Origin: Dehalococcoides sp. JdFR-56
Lineage (GTDB): Bacteria; Chloroflexota; Dehalococcoidia; Dehalococcoidales; RBG-16-60-22
Direction of reading: 5' to 3'
NCBI GenBank assembly: GCA_002011495.1
Contig: MTNR01000036.1
Coordinates: 15,239 to 79,238, forward strand
Length of the DNA: 64,000 nt
Part shown: piece after piece, positions 19,389 to 26,815 of the stretch
Layout of the letters: each line of letters opens with the position of its first letter
Numbering within the stretch: position 1 is the stretch's first letter
Notes under the pieces: model-generated
What the model was told of the DNA's origin: nothing
What the model saw: the letters and a program-made list of their open reading frames with translations, nothing else
The model's database searches: none
Position numbers and translations under genes: made by a program

Positions 19389-20437
19389 CTTAAACGAGGA
19401 GGCAGCACGCGGTTGATAAGCTGAGCCCTGGCCTCCACCTCAGCCTCATCGCCAATGACGCATTGCTTGAGGATGGCTCCGGCTCCGATGTTGACGCCCC
19501 GCCACAGCACCACCTCTTCCAGGCTGGCCTCATCGGCGATGGAGCACCCTGGCCCCATAACCACAGGCCCCTTGATGTGCACCTTTCGGCCTATCTGGCA
19601 CCGGCTGGCGATGATGGCTGGCCCCACTATCTGCGCCGAGGGATGAATGGTGACATCTCCATCGCAATATATGCCGTCTTTGCTCAGGCCGCTGATTAAG
19701 GCGCTCTTCTCCTTCAGCGAGAGGAGGTCGCAGTTCAGGCAAAGGTACTTCTCTGGCGTGCCCATATCCAGCCAGTAGCCACGGAAGCGATAGCCATAAA
19801 CTGGCTCCCCCAGCTCAAGAAGGAGCGGGAAGAGCCCATTTTCAAACATATAGTGGCGGTCTGCTGGCACATGTTCCAGAGTTTCTGGCTCGAGGATGTA
19901 GATACCGGCGTTGATCCAGTTGGAGGGCACCTGGTCTGGCTTCGGCTTTTCCACAAAGCGGCGTACTCTCCCGACATCATCGGTTTCCACCACCCCAAAG
20001 GCGCAGGGATTGTCCACATAGGTTAGGGCTATGGTTGCCTTGGCCCCTTTGCGCCGGTGGAAGGCAAACATATCGGCCAGGTCGAGGTTGGTGAAGATGT
20101 CCCCATTGAGAACGACAAAGGTACTGTCTAAGTATCTTTCGGCATTCTTTACCGCTCCGGCAGTCCCCAGCGGACTATGTTCCACAGCATAAGCAAGCTG
20201 TACCCCCAGCTTGCTGCCATCGCCAAAGTGCGCCTGGATGACCTCGGGGAGATAGCTCAGCGCCAGGATGGTGAAATCAATGCCACATTGCCTGAGGTAG
20301 GCGATGGTGTGTTCTAAAAAAGGCCGGTTCAGCACCGGCATCATTGGCTTGGGTATGCCATTGGTGAGGGGGCGCAGCCGGGTGCCCTCGCCACCAACCA
20401 GAATAACCGCCTTCTGTGGTACTGCTGAGCTTCGCAT
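19385..20437 (-). CDS. NDP-sugar pyrophosphorylase, GDP-mannose pyrophosphorylase-like, with a C-terminal left-handed beta-helix
   Basis: ILVGGEGTRLRPLT..PKPM nucleotidyltransferase loop. C-terminal hexapeptide-repeat region. Its 3' end overlaps the converging DUF1616 gene by 4 nt. Confidence 0.7.
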   Translation of the reverse strand: MRSSAVPQKAVILVGGEGTRLRPLTNGIPKPMMPVLNRPFLEHTIAYLRQCGIDFTILALSYLPEVIQAHFGDGSKLGVQLAYAVEHSPLGTAGAVKNAERYLDSTFVVLNGDIFTNLDLADMFAFHRRKGAKATIALTYVDNPCAFGVVETDDVGRVRRFVEKPKPDQVPSNWINAGIYILEPETLEHVPADRHYMFENGLFPLLLELGEPVYGYRFRGYWLDMGTPEKYLCLNCDLLSLKEKSALISGLSKDGIYCDGDVTIHPSAQIVGPAIIASRCQIGRKVHIKGPVVMGPGCSIADEASLEEVVLWRGVNIGAGAILKQCVIGDEAEVEARAQLINRVLPPRLS

Positions 20438-20518
20438 GAGACTGGTTCACCCAAGTTCAGATTGCATTCCTAGATTACTATGAGTTCAACGTCCAGTCAA
20501 GCTGGCTCTCTTGACAGA

Positions 20519-20568
20519 TTGACAATATAGGTGTTATCATTATTATGAGCATATGCTCAAAATAATGA
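20519..20568 (+). promoter_or_regulatory. Candidate promoter (TTGACA-16-TATTAT) overlapped by a 32-bp near-perfect palindrome (operator)
   Basis: Tandem TTGACA at 20511-16 and 20519-24. TATTAT at 20541-46. The palindrome TCATTATTATGAGCAT|ATGCTCAAAATAATGA at 20537-20568 pairs at 15 of 16 positions. It ends 13 nt before the DUF134 ATG. Confidence 0.5.
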
Positions 20569-20581
20569 TGGGGCTGCTACC

Positions 20582-20965
20582 ATGCCCAGACCGATAAAGT
20601 GGCGCCGAATCGCCTTTATACCGGAAGCGACTTACTTCAAGCCCGCTGGTATATCCTTGCGAGCTCTGGAGGAGGTTTGTCTCTCCATGGAAGAAATTGA
20701 GGCGATACGCCTTAAGGACTTGGAAGGTCTGGAGCAGGAAGAGGGAGCTGAAAAGATGAATATCTCACGCCCCACCTTTCAACGGGTGCTGGCATCAGCC
20801 CGGCAGAAAATAGCTGAGGCGCTGCTCTACGGCAAGGCGATAAGGATTGAGGGAGGTAACTTTGAGGTGGCGCCGCAGATGATGCCCCCGGCACGCATGG
20901 CTGCTGGTTGGGGCGGACGCCATGGAAAGAGGTGCTGGAGACGGCCACAGACTGGAGCGCGATGA
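20582..20965 (+). CDS. DUF134 (UPF0251) predicted DNA-binding protein
   Basis: N-terminal MPRPIKWRRI..P....FKPAGI, then EEIEAIRLKDLEGLEQEEGAEKMNISRPTFQRVL (HTH-like) and GKAIRIEGGN. ATGA overlap with the next gene. Confidence 0.7.
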   Translation: MPRPIKWRRIAFIPEATYFKPAGISLRALEEVCLSMEEIEAIRLKDLEGLEQEEGAEKMNISRPTFQRVLASARQKIAEALLYGKAIRIEGGNFEVAPQMMPPARMAAGWGGRHGKRCWRRPQTGAR

Positions 20966-21690
20966 TGAAAATCATCGATGATTTGCTGTCAACATTGGAT
21001 TACGAGGCGCCGGTAAGAGAGATACGCCAGGGGCCTTTTCAGACGGCGGTGCTAACTCGCCGCTGTGGGCTGGCAACCACGCTTCATGAGCCCGGACCCC
21101 TCCGCGATAAAATGCCGATAAAAGAGGCTGGCTCCTTGATGGAGAAGAGTGCCCTAGGACTTGCCCGGATGGTTTACTCACCGAGTCCTCTTGAGGCAAC
21201 CATTGGGATGGCGACCATCAACTCGCTCCTTGATATCGATGAGGCGCGTTGTGTTGAGCTTAACGCCGCTGACCTGCTTACTGAGAAGGGAAGGGATAAG
21301 AAAATCGCGCTGGTTGGCCATTTTCCCTTTGTGCCCAAGCTACAGCAGGTGGCTGGGGAACTCTGGGTGATTGAGCGAGAGCCGCAGCCGGGGGACTTTG
21401 CCGAAAGCCAGGCGGAAAGGCTGATTCCCAGGGCGGAAGTCGTTGGCATCACTGGCAGCGCCTTCACCAACCATACCATTGAGCGCTTGCTTGAGTTATG
21501 CCCACCACAGGCTTACGTGGTTGTCCTGGGAGGCACTACCCCCTTATCACCCATCCTGTTCGATTACGGGGTAGATGCCGTTTCCGGTGCCCAGGTGACT
21601 GACCCAGAGATGGTGCTGCGTTACGTTAGTCAGGGAGCAACCTTCCGGCAGCTCCAGGGAATCCGGCGCTTGACTATGATGAAGAAATAA
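20962..21690 (+). CDS. DUF4213/DUF364 Rossmann-like protein (putative metal chelation)
   Basis: MMKIIDDLL...V.EIRQGPFQTAV...CGLATT N-terminus. Later KKIALVGHFPF and VVVLGGTTPL. The start is chosen at the ATGA junction with DUF134. Confidence 0.55.
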   Translation: MMKIIDDLLSTLDYEAPVREIRQGPFQTAVLTRRCGLATTLHEPGPLRDKMPIKEAGSLMEKSALGLARMVYSPSPLEATIGMATINSLLDIDEARCVELNAADLLTEKGRDKKIALVGHFPFVPKLQQVAGELWVIEREPQPGDFAESQAERLIPRAEVVGITGSAFTNHTIERLLELCPPQAYVVVLGGTTPLSPILFDYGVDAVSGAQVTDPEMVLRYVSQGATFRQLQGIRRLTMMKK

Positions 21691-21709
21691 ATGAAAGGAG
21701 GTGAGCGAT

Positions 21710-21976
21710 ATGGCGTACCAATTTGGCCCAAGACTTGGTTCCAGAGGCGGCATGGGATTTGGATTTAGAGGCAGTTCTCCTCCCTGGCCTTATGTGGGTC
21801 GGGGTAGGGGAGGCCTGCCCAGGTGCGGCTACTTCTTGGGTGGAGGAGCAGCATTCGCGCCGCCGGTGACCCAGGAGCAGGAACTCACCTTTCTGAAAGG
21901 TCAGGCGGCCGCGATCAAGCAACAGCTTGAGCAAATCGAGGCCAGAATCAGGGAACTGGAAGCCAGGGAAGAGTAA
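21710..21976 (+). CDS. DUF5320-like small protein (Gly/Arg-rich N-terminus, C-terminal coiled coil)
   Basis: GRGRGGLPRCGYF core, then ELTFLKGQAAAIKQQLEQIEARIRELE. AGGAGG lies 11 nt upstream of ATG 21710. Confidence 0.55.
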   Translation: MAYQFGPRLGSRGGMGFGFRGSSPPWPYVGRGRGGLPRCGYFLGGGAAFAPPVTQEQELTFLKGQAAAIKQQLEQIEARIRELEAREE

Positions 21977-21987
21977 GCGCCAAAACT

Positions 21988-22032
21988 CCATCTGGCGAGG
22001 GCAAATAACGAGAAATCACCTCGGCCAGATGG
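21988..22032 (+). promoter_or_regulatory. 13-bp stem-loop between the DUF5320 and NifX-like genes
   Basis: CCATCTGGCGAGG (21988-22000) pairs with CCTCGGCCAGATGG (22019-22032) with one bulged G and an 18-nt loop. No U-tract follows. Confidence 0.35.
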
Positions 22033-22069
22033 GGTACTTTACATAAAAACATGAGAAGGGAGAGGGTTG

Positions 22070-22465
22070 ATGAAAATTGCTGCGGTATCGGACGATGGGG
22101 CCACTCTCAGCCAGCATTTTGGCAGGGCGCCGCTTTATGTAGTGATTACAGTAGAAAACGGGCGGGTGGTGGGTAAGGAGACGCGGGAGAAGAGTGGGCA
22201 TCATATCTTTGCCGCCCACCACCATGATGTAGTCCCAGAAGGGCGCCACGGCTATGGAACTGGGGCTCAAGTGCGGCATGCCGACATGATCGAGACCATT
22301 GCCGACTGTCAGGTTCTGCTCGCTGGAGGCATGGGCTGGGGTGCCTACGAGAACATAAAGCGCTATAATATAGAGCCAGTGGTTACGGATGTAAAAGATA
22401 TCGACCAAGCGGTGAAACTCCATCTTGACGGCAAGCTAAAGAATTTGACTGAGCTCTTGCACTGA
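22070..22465 (+). CDS. NifB/NifX-family (Nitro_FeMo-Co domain) cofactor-binding-like protein with a His-rich insert
   Basis: MKIAAVSDDGATLSQHFGRAPLYVV and the C-terminal VLLAGGMGWGAYENI are typical of the family. The insert is GHHIFAAHHHD...GRHGYG. Confidence 0.65.
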   Translation: MKIAAVSDDGATLSQHFGRAPLYVVITVENGRVVGKETREKSGHHIFAAHHHDVVPEGRHGYGTGAQVRHADMIETIADCQVLLAGGMGWGAYENIKRYNIEPVVTDVKDIDQAVKLHLDGKLKNLTELLH

Positions 22466-22490
22466 GTGTTTAGCGCTATCCAAAAAGTTC

Positions 22491-23144
22491 ATGATGACAA
22501 ATAAAAGTGATTCACCTTTTGACAACCTAGCTTCAGTTTATGATGCCTGGTTTGAAGGGGAGGGGAGACTGATCTTCGCCACAGAGGTCAGAGCCTTTCA
22601 GGAGATACTGACACTTCTGCCCAAGCCCTGGCTTGAGGTTGGGGTGGGCAGCGGACGCTTCGCCCAGGCGCTGGGCATCCCGATTGGAATTGACCCATCG
22701 GTTAAGCTGCTTGCGATGGCCAGAAAGAGAGGGATAAGCGGCTTTCTGGGCAAGGGTGAAGCCGGATTCTTTAAGGGTGAAAGCTTTGGCACCGTTTTTC
22801 TCATCGTCACCATCTGCTTTGTCAGCTCGCCACTGGCCGTTCTCAAGGAAGCCCACCGCATCCTCAAGGCAGATGGCAAGGTGGTGCTGGGGCTGGTGCT
22901 GCGGGAAAGCCCTTGGGGCCAGTTCTATCAGGCGAGGAAAAAAGAGGGGCATCCCTTCTACCGGCATGCCACTTTTTACAGCTATGAGGAGATAGCCAAG
23001 CTCCTGAAAGAGGCTGGCTTTGCTATGGAGAGGGTGCTCTCCACCCTCTTTCAAAAGCCGAACCAGGTTACCCAAGTGGAAGCCCCACGGGAGCGTTTTT
23101 CTCCTGAGGCTGGCTTTACCGTGATGGTGGCGGGGAAGCGCTAG
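22491..23144 (+). CDS. Class I SAM-dependent methyltransferase
   Basis: WLEVGVGSGRFAQAL motif I, and later LKADGKVVLGL. Confidence 0.7.
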   Translation: MMTNKSDSPFDNLASVYDAWFEGEGRLIFATEVRAFQEILTLLPKPWLEVGVGSGRFAQALGIPIGIDPSVKLLAMARKRGISGFLGKGEAGFFKGESFGTVFLIVTICFVSSPLAVLKEAHRILKADGKVVLGLVLRESPWGQFYQARKKEGHPFYRHATFYSYEEIAKLLKEAGFAMERVLSTLFQKPNQVTQVEAPRERFSPEAGFTVMVAGKR

Positions 23145-23146
23145 CC

Positions 23147-23176
23147 TTGACAGCCACCGAATAAGGGACATAAAAT
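23147..23176 (+). promoter_or_regulatory. Candidate promoter for the tRNA(CAU) gene
   Basis: TTGACA 23147-52, an 18-nt spacer, TAAAAT 23171-76, about 44 nt upstream of the tRNA 5' end. Confidence 0.35.
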
Positions 23177-23219
23177 AACTTGGCATCTGGAACTGGCTAG
23201 GTCTAGTTCTTCATTCCAC

Positions 23220-23291
<72 letters not shown>

Positions 23292-23376
23292 TGAAATTGC
23301 TCTCTCCGGCTTTTGATGATGGGGCAGGCTTTCTTTTATTTACCCAGCCGATGGGCAACCGAAGGGATAAAGCCAT

Positions 23377-24519
23377 ATGCCTGAGGTAATCATAATTGGC
23401 GCTGGCGTTGTTGGCACTAGCATTGCCTATCACCTGGCAAAGCAGGGCTGCCAGGATGTGCTTGTCTTGGAGAAGGACCATATCGGCTCAGGCTCCACCG
23501 GGAAGTGCGCTGGTGGCATAAGGCAGCAGTTCAGCACGGAAATAAATATCAGGCTCTCCATGGAGAGCGTCAGATTTTTTGCCAATTTTGAGGAGGAGAC
23601 CGGCGCAACTAGCGGCTTTCGCCAGCACGGTTACTTGATACTCGCCACCAGCGAGGGTGAATTTGAGGCTTTTTGCGACAATGTGGAGCGTCAACGCAAA
23701 CTGGGGCTTGAGGTAGAGCTCATCTCACCCAAGGAGGCTGGCGAGCTTGTCCCTGGGCTCAATGTGGAGGATGTCCTGGGAGCCACCTTCTGTCCTACCG
23801 ATGGCTACGCTGACCCTTATTCTGTGGTGTCAGGTTTTGCCGCTGCCTCGAGAAGGCTGGGGGTGAAAATCTATGAGGAGACCGAGGTTACGGGTATAGA
23901 GTTGATAGGTGATAAACTGAAGAGGGTGCTCACCACCAAGGGCAAGTTTGAGGCTCCGGTGGTGGTGAACGCTGCTGGAGCCTATGCTGGGGCTATCGGG
24001 AAGATGGTGGGGCTTGATATTCCCATCCGCCCATCAAGGCGTCATCTCTTCGTCACCGAGCCAATGAGCTTTCCTCGCCGCAGCCTGCCCATGGTGGTGG
24101 ATTTTCATAATGGCTTCTGGTTTCGGCGGGAGGGCTCGTGTCTTATCTTCGGCATGCGCGCCCCTTTGGAACCAGAGGGATTCTCCACCTCGGTAGATTG
24201 GGGCTTCTTCGCTGACATCCTGGCTCCGGCAGCCTTGCAGCGTTTACCCCAGCTCAAGGAAACCGGTATAATGAGAGGGCAGGCGGGGCTGCATGCTGAC
24301 ACCCCTGACTGTATGGCCATACTGGGAGAAGCGCCGGGGGTAGCTGGCCTTTATCTTGCCTGTGGTTTTAGCGGGCATGGCTTTATGCATTCCCCGGCAG
24401 TGGGGAGACTTATGGCGGAGCTAATCGTGAAAGGGGAGAGCTCTTTGCCAGAGGCTGATACTCTCTCCCTTGACCGTTTTCAGAAGCCGGTGCAAGCCGT
24501 GGAGTCAGCCTATATTTGA
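23377..24519 (+). CDS. FAD-dependent oxidoreductase (DAO family, sarcosine-oxidase-beta/glycine-oxidase-like)
   Basis: VIIIGAGVVGTSIAYHLAK dinucleotide fold. GSTGKCAGGIR. C-terminal GFSGHGFMHSP. Confidence 0.7.
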   Translation: MPEVIIIGAGVVGTSIAYHLAKQGCQDVLVLEKDHIGSGSTGKCAGGIRQQFSTEINIRLSMESVRFFANFEEETGATSGFRQHGYLILATSEGEFEAFCDNVERQRKLGLEVELISPKEAGELVPGLNVEDVLGATFCPTDGYADPYSVVSGFAAASRRLGVKIYEETEVTGIELIGDKLKRVLTTKGKFEAPVVVNAAGAYAGAIGKMVGLDIPIRPSRRHLFVTEPMSFPRRSLPMVVDFHNGFWFRREGSCLIFGMRAPLEPEGFSTSVDWGFFADILAPAALQRLPQLKETGIMRGQAGLHADTPDCMAILGEAPGVAGLYLACGFSGHGFMHSPAVGRLMAELIVKGESSLPEADTLSLDRFQKPVQAVESAYI

Positions 24520-24538
24520 TTCTGGAGTGCAGAGGAGC

Positions 24539-25732
24539 ATGAAACCGGTTCAATGTCAGGTCTTGATAGTGGGTGCTGGCATCATTGGGCTTGCCATCGC
24601 CCGTGAGCTAACTAGGCGCGGGATCAGGGATATCCTGATTTTGGAGAAGGAGCCTTCTCTGGGCTGGCACGCCAGCGGCCGTAACAGCGGGGTGCTGCAC
24701 GCTGGGATGTACTATACCCCTGATAGCCTGAAGGCCAAGTATTGCGTGGAAGGGAATCGCCTGATGAAGGAGTTCTGCCGGGAAAGAGGGCTGACGCTGA
24801 ATGAGACCGGCAAGGTTATCCTGGGGAGAAACCAGACAGAGGTTGAGGCATTGCATGAGCTCAAGCGCCGCGCCGATGCCTGTGGGGCCCGGGCTTGGCT
24901 TATTGATGACAAAAGCCTTCATGAACTGGAGCCATACGCTGCCCCCAGCCTTCAAGCCCTTTTCTCGCCGGACACCGCGGTGATAAAGCCAATTGAGGTG
25001 CTCAAAGCACTGGAGAGGGAACTAGCCAAGTCCAAGGTCACCATCAGCTATGCCACCGTCTTCCAAGGTCTTTCAGAGACTTGCCAGGCTCGTACCTCCA
25101 GAGGAGTGGTTCGGTTTGAGAAGTTCATCAATGCCGCGGGCGCTCACGCTGACCGCATCGCGCATCAGTTTGGTCTGGCCCGGGAGTACAAGATACTTCC
25201 CTTCAAGGGGACATACAAAAAGCTGGCCGGGGACAAGACCTTTCTCGTTCGGGGGAACATCTATCCGGTCCCGGATCTACGGACACCTTTCCTGGGGGTG
25301 CATCTTACCCGCACTGCGGATGACGAAATTCTGGTTGGCCCAACGGCGATGCCTGCCTTTGGCCGTGAGAATTACCGCGCCTTTGCCGGGTGGGGCTGGG
25401 AGACGCTACCTATCCTACTGCGGGATTCAATCCTGATGTTCAAAGACCGTGCCTTCCGCCGAGTTGCCCTGACCGAGCCCAGGAAATACCTCAAGCGGTT
25501 TGTCTTCAAGGAAGCTAAAGGTCTAGTGCCGGAATTAAGCCCCCAGGACCTTGCCGAGACTGACCACGTGGGGATTCGTCCCCAGCTCATTCATTGGCCG
25601 ACCAAGAGGCTGGTCATGGATTTCGTCGTGCTCCGCGATGGTGATTCGCTTCACATCCTGAACCCCATATCCCCGGCATTTACCACATCCCTAGCTTTTG
25701 CCAAAGATATGGTGGCTCAACTCTTGGGCTAG
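24539..25732 (+). CDS. FAD-dependent oxidoreductase, L-2-hydroxyglutarate oxidase (LhgO)-like
   Basis: VLIVGAGIIGLAIAREL and HASGRNSGVLHAGMYYTPDSLKAKYC. Start at ATG 24539, behind AGAGGAG. Confidence 0.6.
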   Translation: MKPVQCQVLIVGAGIIGLAIARELTRRGIRDILILEKEPSLGWHASGRNSGVLHAGMYYTPDSLKAKYCVEGNRLMKEFCRERGLTLNETGKVILGRNQTEVEALHELKRRADACGARAWLIDDKSLHELEPYAAPSLQALFSPDTAVIKPIEVLKALERELAKSKVTISYATVFQGLSETCQARTSRGVVRFEKFINAAGAHADRIAHQFGLAREYKILPFKGTYKKLAGDKTFLVRGNIYPVPDLRTPFLGVHLTRTADDEILVGPTAMPAFGRENYRAFAGWGWETLPILLRDSILMFKDRAFRRVALTEPRKYLKRFVFKEAKGLVPELSPQDLAETDHVGIRPQLIHWPTKRLVMDFVVLRDGDSLHILNPISPAFTTSLAFAKDMVAQLLG

Positions 25733-26071
25733 CATAGTAGGGGAGTTTACATAAAAAATTAAACCTCTGAAGTCTGTTTCCTGGTGTCTTTAAATTTTTA
25801 TAAATCAAGCCTCTTTGATTATCTGCCCAGCCAGGGATAAAGATTTAGCAAAAACTGGAAACCGAGGATTTTAAGGAGAACGAAAATCTGAAAACTATGT
25901 TAAGCAGTGAAGCATCCTGCGGGAAGCGCTAAATCACACGTGTTTTTACATAACATATATAGTGCGCCCCATAATAATCCAAATAGAGTGATTTACATAA
26001 TCAGAGCCGGAGTAAGGAGGCATAGAAATTAGATTAGAATTTAGAAAAAGGTATTTCCCCCTTTGTCGCCC

Positions 26072-26662
26072 TCAGAGCTTGAGTTTGGCTCTCGTTTCAG
26101 CTACAAGCCTATACAGCACAGCAAATCGCCCTTCGAGACTGAGCGCTACACCTTCTGCCGTCTCCAGATCCCACTGCGCATGATTGTTCCAATAATTATT
26201 AAGTTCATCCCTTGCGTCTTTTACTGATTGGCTAAAGTCAGTGTGAAACTCCTCTGACGCAACAACAATAGCTTCCTTTTTTGCCCAAAGCCTGGTTAAC
26301 CTCTTTTCCCACTCTTCGCTATGCGTATAGGATGACCCTCGATAACCATAGAACAAATCATAACCCTCCATTGCCCAATCTCCGATTTCAATCAATGCCT
26401 TTCTTTTATGCTCCCGGTCAATATCTTCATCTCGGATACGACGATTTTCTGTAATCGATATATAGGCTATATAAGCAAGCACCAGTGTAGCTACACCTGC
26501 TAATCCTGCAAAAATAGCAGTAATATTTTGTGGAAATTGTTCAGAGATAGCAAGATATTTATTTCTGACTAAGTCGGGCTTATATAGTGCTATCGCAGCG
26601 AATATGGTTATTAGAAAATATATTATTATGCCTGCTACTATTAGAGATTGAACTTTTTTCAT
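26072..26662 (-). CDS. Hypothetical membrane protein (orphan, low GC)
   Basis: 196-aa ORF with two N-terminal TM helices and a charged, Trp-rich soluble C-terminus. It sits in an AT-rich islet. No motif recognised. Confidence 0.45.
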   Translation of the reverse strand: MKKVQSLIVAGIIIYFLITIFAAIALYKPDLVRNKYLAISEQFPQNITAIFAGLAGVATLVLAYIAYISITENRRIRDEDIDREHKRKALIEIGDWAMEGYDLFYGYRGSSYTHSEEWEKRLTRLWAKKEAIVVASEEFHTDFSQSVKDARDELNNYWNNHAQWDLETAEGVALSLEGRFAVLYRLVAETRAKLKL

Positions 26663-26815
26663 GCTTACATTCTACCAAATACCAAAAGTCATCAAATAAA
26701 AACCCCGAGGGATATGCCGGAAACAAGAGACCAAAATTATCCCCTAGTTATTCTCTAGGTAGGGGGAATTTTATTCAAAAGAATTTTTAGAGGCCTAGAT
26801 TTTGATTTCAGCGCG

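Noticed and set aside
22070-22465. The NifX/NifB-family protein as evidence for nitrogen fixation
   Set aside because: No nifH/D/K/E/N/B genes are in the window. Small stand-alone Nitro_FeMo-Co-domain proteins are widespread in non-diazotrophic anaerobes.
22533-23186. A 217-aa minus-strand ORF that mirrors the 217-aa plus-strand methyltransferase ORF almost exactly
   Set aside because: The plus-strand product has clear SAM-methyltransferase motifs (VGVGSGRFAQAL). The antisense product is low-complexity (rich in L, P, G, R and H) with no motif. Long antisense ORFs are expected in GC-rich coding DNA.
25733-26815. Calling the AT-rich islet a mobile element or prophage remnant
   Set aside because: No integrase, transposase, terminal inverted repeats, flanking direct repeats or tRNA-fragment att site could be found by eye. 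It is therefore reported only as a compositional anomaly.
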